Shown here: piece after piece, positions 34,007 to 43,352 of the stretch
How the letters are laid out: every line of letters starts with the position of its first letter
Numbering within the stretch: position 1 is the first letter of the stretch
Assembly (NCBI GenBank): GCA_963934015.1
Contig: CAWVWT010000003.1
Location: 28,354-92,353, forward strand
Origin: an uncultured Candidatus Poseidoniales archaeon
Lineage (GTDB): Archaea; Thermoplasmatota; Poseidoniia; Poseidoniales; Thalassarchaeaceae
Reading direction: 5' to 3'
Length of the DNA: 64,000 bases
The notes under the pieces: generated by a model
What the model was told of the DNA's origin: nothing
What the model saw: the letters and a program-made list of their open reading frames with translations, nothing else
Databases searched by the model: none
Position numbers and translations under genes: made by a program

Positions 34007-35731
34007 TTATTCGCTCACTTCAGTATCGAACCCTCTGGAAAGCCGTCCTAACAATTCATCCGCTTGGTCTAGTTTCCCCCGCACACGTCCAATGCTTGAC
34101 GCCTCTGTAGCTTGTTTGGCTTCATCCGCAGAGACGCCATGTGCAACACTGTCTACAGTGGGTGCACTGCGGCCCATATCGACGAGAAGGTCACGGAGTG
34201 AATCAACGACATCCGACACCTTATCCGGGTCGAGAGAAATTGAAGTTGGTAAACCAGGTACATCTTCTGGATTGATGTAACCCATCGCCGCTGCGAGAAC
34301 ACCAGCGGCAGCAATTGCACGTGACCGAACTTCTGGGTGACCGACATCCCATCCTCTTCGTTCTAGGAAGCGAACGAGGAGTGCATGTTCTACTGGTCCG
34401 AATTGGCCTTCAGATCTGCGGACCAATGTCTCAACAATCCGCTCAAAGTTTTCAATTTGTTCTTCAAATCGTTGTAGGGTCCGCATTGCATCGCTGGAGA
34501 CATCTTGTGTACCCCGATAGAGTACTTCCATCGCGCGTTGACGGCGTGCTGTTACCGGGTCGACACTATCTTCTGCTTCGCGTAGACTCATCTGTAGATC
34601 AAACAAACCATGAACACGTCCACTGATTCCGGGTAAATCAAGGTCTAGTCCGACTTCGGCAGCAGCGGTCTCAAAACGAACTCGTGCTAGAGCAATATCC
34701 TCTGTATCCGCATCTAGGATAGCTTCCAATGCATCGAGGAGCCCAGGGCGACACTCTTCGAGCCGTCTGAGTGCCTTGCGTTCTCGCCATGAACCAGGGG
34801 CCTGTGAACTTGCATCACTTTCCGCATCACGGCGATTTGCCATCGCTGTAATTTCAGCCAATATTCGATTGCGAACCATTGCATGTGAAACTCGGAAGCC
34901 TTGTGTGCCCAAATCCTCTACAAAAGCGGTTACATCATTCGCATCATGTTCGCGACTGATGATTAAAAACTCACGAATGTGGCTATGTAATTCTGCAATT
35001 CTTGCTTCTAGTTCAATAATCGCTGAGCCAGAACCTTCGTCGATGGTCAAATCAGTTGTACCCAAGACGACAATTTCGGGTTCCACAATATCTTCGTATT
35101 CCAGGGGCGATGGGTCATCAGGTTCTTCGAGAACATCTGTCAATTCATCAACATCTACGGCATCAATAGACGCTTGAATCATTGCTGCCAAGTCTGCTGC
35201 ATCATCATCTTGGGCTGGAATTGCGATAGGTGTTACTGGAATTGGTGAACCGGTGGCTAGAGGTGCTGATTTTCCGCGGCGCAGACTCTTCTTGACCTTG
35301 CCCCATCCACCACCGTGGGCTGAGAGAACCCCTGCGACTCTGGCAAACAGTTGCTGCTTACTACCCGATCGTGGTAATTCCAATGCTTTGCAAAGTTCGT
35401 GAAGTTGATCACGAGTCGCATCAGCGATTGCCTCTGGATTGAGTTTCTTTGGATCGTGGTTTAGGTGCAACCAAAGGCGCTGCCTCTTTTCTTTGATTGA
35501 GCCTGAACGCTTCACACCGAATACGCCTAGCATTTCACCCAGGCTCTTATTCGGCATTTCCTGTAATGCGTCCCATGAGAGATCTGTTTCAGATAGAGCG
35601 ACTTGATCAATGAGTCGGGCTCGCAATTGTTCAACATTACCAGCTTTCGAAATATCATGTGAGATGGCCATTTCACGCAATTCATCCAGCCGGGCTGAAT
35701 ACAACTGTGACAACAGATTTTCATCAACCAT
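34007..35731 (-). CDS. Hypothetical protein with three N-terminal SAP-like (helix-extended loop-helix) motifs
   Basis: The three motifs are LSQLYSARLDELREMAISHDISKAGNVEQLRARLIDQV, LQEMPNKSLGEMLGVFGVKRSGSIKEKRQRLWLHL and ATRDQLHELCKALELPRSGSKQQLFARVAGVL. The remainder is acidic/helical with no recognisable motif. Its stop codon abuts the convergent ATPase stop. Confidence 0.6.
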   Translation of the reverse strand: MVDENLLSQLYSARLDELREMAISHDISKAGNVEQLRARLIDQVALSETDLSWDALQEMPNKSLGEMLGVFGVKRSGSIKEKRQRLWLHLNHDPKKLNPEAIADATRDQLHELCKALELPRSGSKQQLFARVAGVLSAHGGGWGKVKKSLRRGKSAPLATGSPIPVTPIAIPAQDDDAADLAAMIQASIDAVDVDELTDVLEEPDDPSPLEYEDIVEPEIVVLGTTDLTIDEGSGSAIIELEARIAELHSHIREFLIISREHDANDVTAFVEDLGTQGFRVSHAMVRNRILAEITAMANRRDAESDASSQAPGSWRERKALRRLEECRPGLLDALEAILDADTEDIALARVRFETAAAEVGLDLDLPGISGRVHGLFDLQMSLREAEDSVDPVTARRQRAMEVLYRGTQDVSSDAMRTLQRFEEQIENFERIVETLVRRSEGQFGPVEHALLVRFLERRGWDVGHPEVRSRAIAAAGVLAAAMGYINPEDVPGLPTSISLDPDKVSDVVDSLRDLLVDMGRSAPTVDSVAHGVSADEAKQATEASSIGRVRGKLDQADELLGRLSRGFDTEVSE

Positions 35732-35788
35732 CCTACACCCTCGCCACCGTTTGCGCCCCTAAGCCCCTGTATATGTTACGCTTCAGCA

Positions 35789-35805
35789 ACGGCCCTAAGG
35801 GCCGT
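35789..35805. other. Perfect 7-bp hairpin ACGGCCC-TAA-GGGCCGT in the intergenic spacer
   Basis: The inverted repeat is read directly. It shares the CCCTAAGGG core with the hairpin at 31004-31020. It lies 26 nt downstream of the stop of the 35831-36898 gene on the minus strand. Confidence 0.3.
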
Positions 35806-35830
35806 CTTTGGACCCCTTGTAAAAAAGCCG

Positions 35831-36898
35831 TCACAAATCGAGGAACGGGGGTCGAGCAGGCCCAAGTCGAATGTCTTCATTATGTTCAGTAGTCACAACC
35901 TGGAGCATATCTTCCCATTCGGAAATCAGTAGACGAGAATGTGTTTCAGCATCCCCTTTCTGGACCAATTTCTCAAGCAACAAAGTTCGTTCTCCAGCAC
36001 GATCAACAATTTCAATTAAGATTTCAACCATCGAAGCGATATCTACAATTTCGCCTTCACTATCCAACAAGGATGTTGAACGTAGTAAATCCTTCTCTAG
36101 TTCTGCTTGATTAAGGAGAGAAGGTATTTGCCGATGACGAACAATCATACCAAGTCTGTCATGGGTATCAAGGTCTATTCTGTCAAGAATGATTTTTTCA
36201 CAGGCCCAAGCGGTCAAAGATTCCGCATCTCCAATTTTCCCAGACAGACTTTTTGGGAATCCCTTCCGTGAAATCAACAATGTTAGCCCATTCAATGGGC
36301 TTGGCAAAAACCGTGCCGAATTCTCGCGAGCATCAGTCATCAGCATATGCCTACGACAATCAATATTGGCTAGATCAAATAGATGCCTTTCACTAACGAA
36401 TCCAGTAATGAGTTTGGTGGCACGAAGATCTTCCATCCAAGATTGCAAATCAAGTCCCCCATCAGTCGGTAATTTCCGCCCAATCATATCGGCAAAAGCG
36501 ACGGGGTCAAGCACTCTAAAATCAGATCTATAACGGCGTAATTGCCTTCTTTGCAGACGATTTTGAGCGAGAATAATTGATTTGTGCGGTAAGTAATCCA
36601 AGCGATCATTGGCAACCAATATGTGATTTTCATCGCGCCTTGGGAGTGCGGCAGTGACCATGGTATCGGGGGCACCCTGACACATATACCAGCTTACAGC
36701 AGAAATTGCGAGTAAATCCGCATCCCCATTCTCAAGAATATCTAGGGCGGAAGAGAGGTCCACATCAAATTGCACTTCAATCTCAAGGTCTTCAAGTGGT
36801 TGAGTATCCATCCACTTGCGAATGTGTGCCGCTGTCGCAACTTCATCATCTCCAATACAAACGAGGCGAATCTGGGTTGGTTCTGCTTCCGCTCCCAT
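35831..36898 (-). CDS. Hypothetical protein, divergent porphobilinogen-deaminase (HemC)-like fold suspected, catalytic residues not conserved
   Basis: By-eye alignment to E. coli HemC: [21 protein letters not shown] vs [43 protein letters not shown] vs [35 protein letters not shown] vs LPAVGQGAVGIECR. The TRxS, KD and GGC(cofactor Cys) positions are not retained. Confidence 0.4.
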   Translation of the reverse strand: [355 protein letters not shown]

Positions 36899-36986
36899 TA
36901 TTCATCCCGCCGATGGCAGACACGTAACGTGCCCGGCTCCGGGCGGTAGCCACCTGTTGATATAGGCACCCCTCGTCGAAGGTTCA

Positions 36987-37967
36987 ATGGCGGAAAATGT
37001 CCTTGAGAATTCACTTCTCATCGAACGTCGTATCGAGGTAGAATCCGCGATTGAGTCCATCATAGAATCCACGATTGGTGGGCCTTACTCCCCGGCGATG
37101 GAAATCGCACGCGAGATATTACTTGCCGGTGGTAAACGAATACGCCCCATACTAGCACTATTGGCCTACGATTTGGCAGGAGGGCAGAATCGAGATGATG
37201 TATTAGATTTTGCAGTTGCAACCGAACTCATCCATACTGCCACATTGATTCATGATGACATCTATGACGGTGCAAAATTGCGTCGCGGAGTCCAGACATT
37301 ACATGAAAAGTATGGACTCGATCACGCAATTATTGGAGGCGATTTCCTGTTTGTCATGGGTTTTGGTCTTGGTGGACGTTATGATGAAAGAATCGTTCAA
37401 ATTATGACGGAAACATCTGCAGCCATAGCGGTGGGGGAATTGAAACAAATTCACCACATCTCGGATCTTTCGACCACTCCGGAAGATTACTATGAAATCG
37501 TTAGGGGGAAAACAGCCGGACCATTCGCATCAGGGTGCGAATGTGCAGCTATTATCGCAGGGGCCACAGATACAGAAGCATCGAATTTACGCGAATTTGG
37601 CATGGAGTTGGGTATTGCTTTTCAGTTGGTTGATGACATCCTAGATTTAACCGGTGATGAACGCATGGGGAAACCGCGTGGTTCCGATATCCATGAAGGT
37701 AAAATGACCCTGCCAATTATCCACGCTCTGACATTATTGCATGGCGACTCACGTCGTATTTTAGCCGATGTATTGGCTGAATTCAGAGATGACAGGTGGG
37801 ATGAACTTGAGGTATTGCTAGAGCAAGGCGACTCATTCGGGTATTGTCGGATATTAATTCACAACCATTTGGAACGTGCGCTGACCCATCTTTACGAATT
37901 CCCCCACTCAGAGGTTAGAGACGTCCTTGAAGCGATGACTCGGCAGGTGATGACACGCAATGACTGA
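36987..37967 (+). CDS. idsA: Polyprenyl (geranylgeranyl) diphosphate synthase
   Basis: First Asp-rich motif LIHDDIYD and second Asp-rich motif FQLVDDILD. GKRIRP near the N-terminus. 326 aa. Confidence 0.85.
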   Translation: MAENVLENSLLIERRIEVESAIESIIESTIGGPYSPAMEIAREILLAGGKRIRPILALLAYDLAGGQNRDDVLDFAVATELIHTATLIHDDIYDGAKLRRGVQTLHEKYGLDHAIIGGDFLFVMGFGLGGRYDERIVQIMTETSAAIAVGELKQIHHISDLSTTPEDYYEIVRGKTAGPFASGCECAAIIAGATDTEASNLREFGMELGIAFQLVDDILDLTGDERMGKPRGSDIHEGKMTLPIIHALTLLHGDSRRILADVLAEFRDDRWDELEVLLEQGDSFGYCRILIHNHLERALTHLYEFPHSEVRDVLEAMTRQVMTRND

Positions 37968-39060
37968 ATCCAATCATCATGATGTCATCGTGATTGGGGG
38001 GGGTCCTGCAGGTAGTACCGTGGCAAGGTATGCTGCCGCAAGAGGTGCCAATGTTTTGGTCATTGATGGTCGTGACCCCATTGGGATACCTTTGCAGTGC
38101 GGTGAATTGGTTCCAAGCAATGATGAGATGGGGCGACTTTGCCCAGATGTACCGAACATGGATGATTTGTTCCAAACTCCCGAAGCAGCCATATCGAAAC
38201 GGTCCACAAAAATGCACATTGTACCACCATCGGGTAAATCCCTCAAATTTGCCTTTGATGGATTGGTGCTCAACCGTGTTGTACATGACAAGGCGTTGGT
38301 TGAATTGGCCAAAGAAAGCGGAGCAAAGTACCTCGTTGATTCTCATGTTGATCGCGTTGAAGGAAACGAAGTCATTCTGCGTGGTGGGGCCAAACATACT
38401 GCGGAAATAATTGTGGGTGCAGGGGGTCACAACGATCCACTTAGGCGTGATTATTGGAATGAATCATCGCTGAAAATCCCCGTTAAATTTGTCTTGATGG
38501 AAGGGGACTTTGGTGATGCTGTCGAACTTCATTTTGGTTCGATGGCTCCCGGGGGATATGCGTGGATGTTCCCCAAATCAAGTGGCGCGAATATTGGTCT
38601 TGGTATTCAGCGCAGTTTTTCCAAAGGACGCAGCCTCAATCAATACGCTGAGGAATTCATATCCAAGTATGATGGTGAGATTTCTTTCAGGGGGGCGGGG
38701 TCTCTTCCGATGTCTGGTTCGATTCACACTTTCGTCAAAGGCAATTATCTGCTCGTAGGTGATGCAGCTGGAATGGTTCTTCCATCTAATGGTGCAGGAA
38801 TCACCATCGCCATGATCGGAGGTCGAATTGCAGGCCAGGTCATCGCTGAGCATTTGAGTAACGGCACACCCCTCACTGAGTATCAACATAGGTGGAATAA
38901 GCAGATGGGGAAAGTAATGCGAAATTCGAAGCGTGCTTTTCGATTTGGTAGTTTGATGTTTCGCCTTCCAAATTGGATGTTGAATTTGACCTTTAACCGT
39001 TTGACAAAAGGCATCATATGGCGTGCAGTTACTTGTCGGAGAATGTTTTGGATTCTGTAA
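37960..39060 (+). CDS. Geranylgeranyl reductase family flavoprotein
   Basis: HDVIVIGGGPAGSTVARYAAARG (FAD binding), GAGGHNDPLRR and LVGDAAGMVLPSNGAGI. It overlaps idsA by 8 nt. Confidence 0.85.
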   Translation: MTESNHHDVIVIGGGPAGSTVARYAAARGANVLVIDGRDPIGIPLQCGELVPSNDEMGRLCPDVPNMDDLFQTPEAAISKRSTKMHIVPPSGKSLKFAFDGLVLNRVVHDKALVELAKESGAKYLVDSHVDRVEGNEVILRGGAKHTAEIIVGAGGHNDPLRRDYWNESSLKIPVKFVLMEGDFGDAVELHFGSMAPGGYAWMFPKSSGANIGLGIQRSFSKGRSLNQYAEEFISKYDGEISFRGAGSLPMSGSIHTFVKGNYLLVGDAAGMVLPSNGAGITIAMIGGRIAGQVIAEHLSNGTPLTEYQHRWNKQMGKVMRNSKRAFRFGSLMFRLPNWMLNLTFNRLTKGIIWRAVTCRRMFWIL

Positions 39061-39161
39061 TCATATTCTTGCTATTTTACTAAGACCACAATCTCCAATC
39101 CGATGATTGGACAGATGGTAGATGTGAAAAGACCCGTTGACAGGTGTGTTTCAAGCGGCCT

Positions 39162-39614
39162 TCAGAACCCTTCATCTGTGGCAACAAAGGCTACGCCCAG
39201 TACCACATAGAATAATACTACCAGTACAGTTAATCCGACAACAATCCACGAGATGATATTCGCAGCCTTTGCACTTCCAGCATCAGGGTGCCCGGGGTAT
39301 TGGTTGGTGATGGCAAGTGCTTGATTAGCCATTATCAACCCTGGAATTGCCAGACAGATACCACCACAGAAAAGACTCAACACTGAAAGAACTAGGGCTG
39401 TTGTTGCTGATGTGGTGGGTATGGCCATTATTGGCATGCCCATTCCTACTGAGGGTTGAGCTGTTTGGGGTTGTCCAGTAATCAACTGTTGAGGAGGTAC
39501 ATATGCAGGTACAGTGCCATCAGATTGCGATTGTGTCTGTTGATAGTGGTGATGATGGATATCACCCGCAATCACGCTATCGCTAATTCCTCGGGACGTC
39601 CCGTCTGGTTGCAT
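39162..39614 (-). CDS. Small membrane protein, DUF4190-like, with Gln/His-rich N-terminus
   Basis: The two-TM core ALVLSVLSLFCGGICLAIPGLIMANQALAI...GSAKAANIISWIVVGLTVLVVLF resembles the DUF4190 pattern. The N-terminus contains HHHH and a Q-rich stretch. Confidence 0.45.
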   Translation of the reverse strand: MQPDGTSRGISDSVIAGDIHHHHYQQTQSQSDGTVPAYVPPQQLITGQPQTAQPSVGMGMPIMAIPTTSATTALVLSVLSLFCGGICLAIPGLIMANQALAITNQYPGHPDAGSAKAANIISWIVVGLTVLVVLFYVVLGVAFVATDEGF

Positions 39615-39633
39615 GAATCTCCACCTACCCTAC

Positions 39634-40350
39634 CTACTTTCGTTTTTTCGCTGTCCAGATTGTAGCCATGCCTGGGAATACGACCTTTGCCTTCACTTCA
39701 GTGAACCCACTTTCATTCAGCATGTGTACGTAATCTTTGGTCGTTCCAAAGTGAACGTAAGTCTTCGTCAACCACTTCCAGGGGTGGTCCTTCATCCGAC
39801 AAATGAATCGCGCATAAGCACCCACCCATACGCGCATCCACATATAGCCAAACCAACCATGGACACGATTCATTTTGGCGGGGTCGACAATTACCAGAGT
39901 CCCACCTGGTTTGAGGACACGTTTGACTTCAGAGAGGCCGGCTCGTTTGTCATACCAATCCCGAAATGAAAACAGCGAACATACTCCCTCGAAAGATTCG
40001 TCATCAAAGGGCATATCTTCTGCAGTAGCCTCAACAAATATTACTGGTGTTTTACGATTCGTATTCACCCTCTTTTCTGCAACAGAAAGCATGGCTGGAA
40101 TTGGATCTAGGCAGGTCAAATCACGTTCGGGAACCATCTCTGCAAATGTCCCCGGGCCGCAACCCACTTCGAGAATCCTCCCTTCGTTTGGAAGCTGACT
40201 GCGGACCATTTTCCGCCATCTCTTGTCTTGTCCAAAAGTCGCAAAACGATTGATTCTGTCGTAGACGGGGATGGTCGCCTCAAGGTTGCGCTGTAGTTCA
40301 GCCCAATCCTCGGTGCCGATACGTTCCGTATCCATCATATCACACGGCAA
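39634..40350 (-). CDS. ubiE: UbiE/MenG-type (demethylmenaquinone/ubiquinone) SAM-dependent methyltransferase
   Basis: YDRINRFATFGQDKRWRKMV (UbiE/COQ5 signature) and the SAM motif ILEVGCGPG. Confidence 0.8.
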   Translation of the reverse strand: MPCDMMDTERIGTEDWAELQRNLEATIPVYDRINRFATFGQDKRWRKMVRSQLPNEGRILEVGCGPGTFAEMVPERDLTCLDPIPAMLSVAEKRVNTNRKTPVIFVEATAEDMPFDDESFEGVCSLFSFRDWYDKRAGLSEVKRVLKPGGTLVIVDPAKMNRVHGWFGYMWMRVWVGAYARFICRMKDHPWKWLTKTYVHFGTTKDYVHMLNESGFTEVKAKVVFPGMATIWTAKKRK

Positions 40351-40423
40351 TCAATCGTATATTTGGTTCAATCCTCATGCGGTTTTGGCATATTTTTGCT
40401 AGTATAATTCTCAACGTCCCGAA

Positions 40424-40437
40424 GTTATTATCATAAA
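40424..40437 (+). promoter_or_regulatory. Candidate TATA-like element for the A-ATPase operon
   Basis: The AT-rich GTTATTATCATAAA lies about 40 nt upstream of the atpH ATG at 40475, with AGGTGG between the two. This is assigned by position and composition only. Confidence 0.3.
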
Positions 40438-40474
40438 CCCATCAATGGTCGCGCGTCCACCGTAGGTGGATTAT

Positions 40475-40789
40475 ATGAGTCGTGCAGATGTACTTCGAAC
40501 CATCAAAGATGCTGAAGCCGATGCAAGCGCTACGCTTGTCAAAGCTGAAACTGAAGCAAGTGCCATTGTGACCAAAGCACGTGTTGCTGCATCTGAAGCG
40601 GTAGCAGAAGGCCGTAATCAAGCGCAAGCAGATTCACAGAAAGTGGTTGATGATGCCCGAAAATCAGCTCAAAAGGAAGCCGACAAGGTGTCCAAGAAAG
40701 GTGACAAGGCCATTGACACGATTCATGGCGGTGGCGAATCAAGCCGTTCTAAGGCAGTTGATGTCGTACTAGATGCATTCCGTGCATGA
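40475..40789 (+). CDS. atpH: A-type ATP synthase subunit H
   Basis: Small Ala/Glu/Lys-rich coiled-coil protein (MSRADVLRTIKDAEADASATLVKAETEA...) at the first position of the H-I-K-E-C-F-A-B-D operon. The track start is a GTG at 40466. Confidence 0.8.
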   Translation: MSRADVLRTIKDAEADASATLVKAETEASAIVTKARVAASEAVAEGRNQAQADSQKVVDDARKSAQKEADKVSKKGDKAIDTIHGGGESSRSKAVDVVLDAFRA

Positions 40790-40815
40790 ATTGAATATAC
40801 CTTGGAGGAAGTAAA

Positions 40816-42948
40816 ATGTCACAGATTCACACCCGCCAAATGGGACGTTTGGTTGCTGCGGGTCCGTTGAGTCAAATGGATACAACCCTCGAAGTGTTGG
40901 CTCGTTTGCGGGCGCTGCATATGGTAGATTATGACGGTAGTGATAGCGAACTTGGACTTGGGTCTCCAACCACTTCTGCAGAACAACTTAGCCGAGATGT
41001 CAACAAACTCCGTTCCGCAGCGTCTCTTGTAAAATCTAATTCGAATGAGGCAGCATCAGCATCTCAGATACGCGATGCCCTTTCCGGTGATTTACACGGG
41101 CAAGTGGACACACTGCTTTCAGAGAATGATCGCCTCTCGGAAATAGGGGCTAAGTTGGAATCTCTTGCAGATGAATCCGCTGCATTGCAAATGATTGAGC
41201 CATTGAATACTGATTTGGATTTATTGGATGGATTTGAATCGTTGGCCACATTTGTGGGTACCGTTAGGGATTCAGTAGCAGCACGTGAAGCAGCAAAAGG
41301 TGGTCTGTTTGTATCAGGGAAATCCGGAAAAAAGACAGTAGTTGCTGTATTCGTCCGAAATGAAGATGCTAAATCGGCCCAATCCACATTAGAAGAAGCA
41401 GGATTCTCCGCACTTCCGATCCCTGAATGTGAGGGTTCAGTTTCATCGCGTATGGGTCAGATTTTGACTGAACGCACCGATCTTATTCGTGAACAGGAAA
41501 CCCTCGAAAAGAGCGTTGCATCTTGGAGGGAATCTAATGCGGATGTACTACAAAGTGGCTTGGAATTACTTGAGCGTGATCAAGAACTTGCTACAGCCCC
41601 GGTTCGTGCTGCGGTCTCTTCACACGCGTTCATTATTGATGGCTGGGTTGAGATGGCTCGAGCCACTGAGATTTCAGGTGCCTTAGATGGCCATTGCACA
41701 GTAGTTGACATTGAACCTTTCAAGATTCAACCGGGTGGTGGAAGTCATGGCCACGGCGATGATCACCATTCCCAGGCGATGCCACCTATTGCTTTCCAAG
41801 AACGAAACGCTAGCAAGCCAATGGAATTGCTTACCGACGCGGTAGGTCGGCCAGCCTATGGGCGCATCGATCCTACTTTGTTCATGTTCATTACTTACCC
41901 AATTTTCTTTGGGATGATGCTCGGTGATATGGCCTATGGTATAGTTACAATGTGTCTTGGTTTGACACTCCTGCGCAAGTCAGGTACCAATGATATGCTG
42001 GCCCTAGGTGGTAAATTCCTGCTGTATATTGGATTGGGGACGTTTGCTTTCGGTTACATCTATGGTGAAATCGCAGGGTTTGAGATTTTTGGCCACCATC
42101 ATTCGTGGGCGAACTCTCTTGACATTTTTTATCCAGCAGTGGATCATGGTCATGCTTGGACCGCATCCTTACCATTCGGATTGGAACTCGCATTCCCCTT
42201 CCATCGAGTTGCATCAGTTGAGAGTGGTGGAAATCTAGAGCACCTCATTCTACTGACGATATACCTGGGTGTTGTTCACGTATTCATGGGACTAGTTCTA
42301 GGATTCCGCGATATTTGGCTTCATGGCAATGGTCATGGCGATGAAGGATTCGTGTGCGCGCTGTTTGAGAAAGGCAGTTGGATGATTCTTCTATTCGGTG
42401 GATTCCTCGCAGCCTATGCATTCCTTTCCAAGCCCGCGTATGAAGAAAGGTGGGTCAACCCTGAACCAGCTTACCTTGATTTACTCAGTACGATGATGAC
42501 TGTTGGCGGTGTGATGATTATCATTGCTGTAATCATGATCATCTGGATGCTTTGGCGATACCATGGTGTTCCATTCCCAATTAACATCGGACTTGGCCCA
42601 ATTGAAGCGGTCGGTATGATGCCAACAGTCATTTCTTATGTTCGATTATTCGCAGTAGGTGTGGTTGGTGTCAAGATTGCAGAAACTGGTAATACAATGC
42701 TCTTTGAGCCCTTAGTTCACATATTGGGAGATCTTTCACATGCATCGGCAATGGATTATATTTCCATCGTTGTACTTCTTGTTGGTTGGTTTGCTGTACA
42801 AATATTTGCTTGGGGTCTGGGTGTATTCAGCCCCAACATTCACGCCGCACGATTGCATTTCGTCGAGTGGATGAGACAGTTTTACGATGCGAGTGGTGAG
42901 GCGTTCAAGCCATTCGGATTCAAAGCGCGCCGCGTGGAGGTGGAATAG
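40816..42948 (+). CDS. atpI: A-type ATP synthase subunit I (stator/proton channel, a-subunit homologue)
   Basis: 710 aa with a soluble N-terminal half and a multi-TM C-terminal half that includes the conserved SYVRLFAVG Arg motif. A GGAGG Shine-Dalgarno motif is present. Confidence 0.9.
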   Translation: MSQIHTRQMGRLVAAGPLSQMDTTLEVLARLRALHMVDYDGSDSELGLGSPTTSAEQLSRDVNKLRSAASLVKSNSNEAASASQIRDALSGDLHGQVDTLLSENDRLSEIGAKLESLADESAALQMIEPLNTDLDLLDGFESLATFVGTVRDSVAAREAAKGGLFVSGKSGKKTVVAVFVRNEDAKSAQSTLEEAGFSALPIPECEGSVSSRMGQILTERTDLIREQETLEKSVASWRESNADVLQSGLELLERDQELATAPVRAAVSSHAFIIDGWVEMARATEISGALDGHCTVVDIEPFKIQPGGGSHGHGDDHHSQAMPPIAFQERNASKPMELLTDAVGRPAYGRIDPTLFMFITYPIFFGMMLGDMAYGIVTMCLGLTLLRKSGTNDMLALGGKFLLYIGLGTFAFGYIYGEIAGFEIFGHHHSWANSLDIFYPAVDHGHAWTASLPFGLELAFPFHRVASVESGGNLEHLILLTIYLGVVHVFMGLVLGFRDIWLHGNGHGDEGFVCALFEKGSWMILLFGGFLAAYAFLSKPAYEERWVNPEPAYLDLLSTMMTVGGVMIIIAVIMIIWMLWRYHGVPFPINIGLGPIEAVGMMPTVISYVRLFAVGVVGVKIAETGNTMLFEPLVHILGDLSHASAMDYISIVVLLVGWFAVQIFAWGLGVFSPNIHAARLHFVEWMRQFYDASGEAFKPFGFKARRVEVE

Positions 42949-42995
42949 CGCATATCACATTCCCAGCAATGCTTGGAAAAAAAGGAGGAAAAAAA

Positions 42996-43310
42996 ATGAA
43001 CAACAGAAAGACAATGAAAGGTATGACAGCCCTACTTGGCCTGTTCTCGTTTGCAATGATTGCATCCGCAGTATCAGCCCAAGAAGGTGACACGGCATCG
43101 GTATCCTATCACTGGGATGCAGCAAAGCTCGGCGCAGGACTTGCGCTTGGACTTGCAGGTGTTGGAACAGGAATCAGCCAAGGACAAATTGGTGCAGCAG
43201 CAGTCGGAATGATTGCTGAAGATAGCAGCAAATTCGTCACAGGCCTGATATTCACTGCTCTACCCGAGACAATTGTCCTATTCGGTTTCTTGGCACTGTT
43301 CCTGCTCTGA
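42996..43310 (+). CDS. atpK: A-type ATP synthase subunit K (proteolipid c-ring)
   Basis: Hairpin proteolipid with a Gly-rich helix GLALGLAGVGTGISQGQIGAAAVG and an ion-binding Glu in LPETIVLFGF. An AGGAGG Shine-Dalgarno motif precedes the ATG at 42996. Confidence 0.85.
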   Translation: MNNRKTMKGMTALLGLFSFAMIASAVSAQEGDTASVSYHWDAAKLGAGLALGLAGVGTGISQGQIGAAAVGMIAEDSSKFVTGLIFTALPETIVLFGFLALFLL

Positions 43311-43352
43311 GCAGAACAGGCTGGAAATAAATAAGACTCAAAGGAATGTGTG

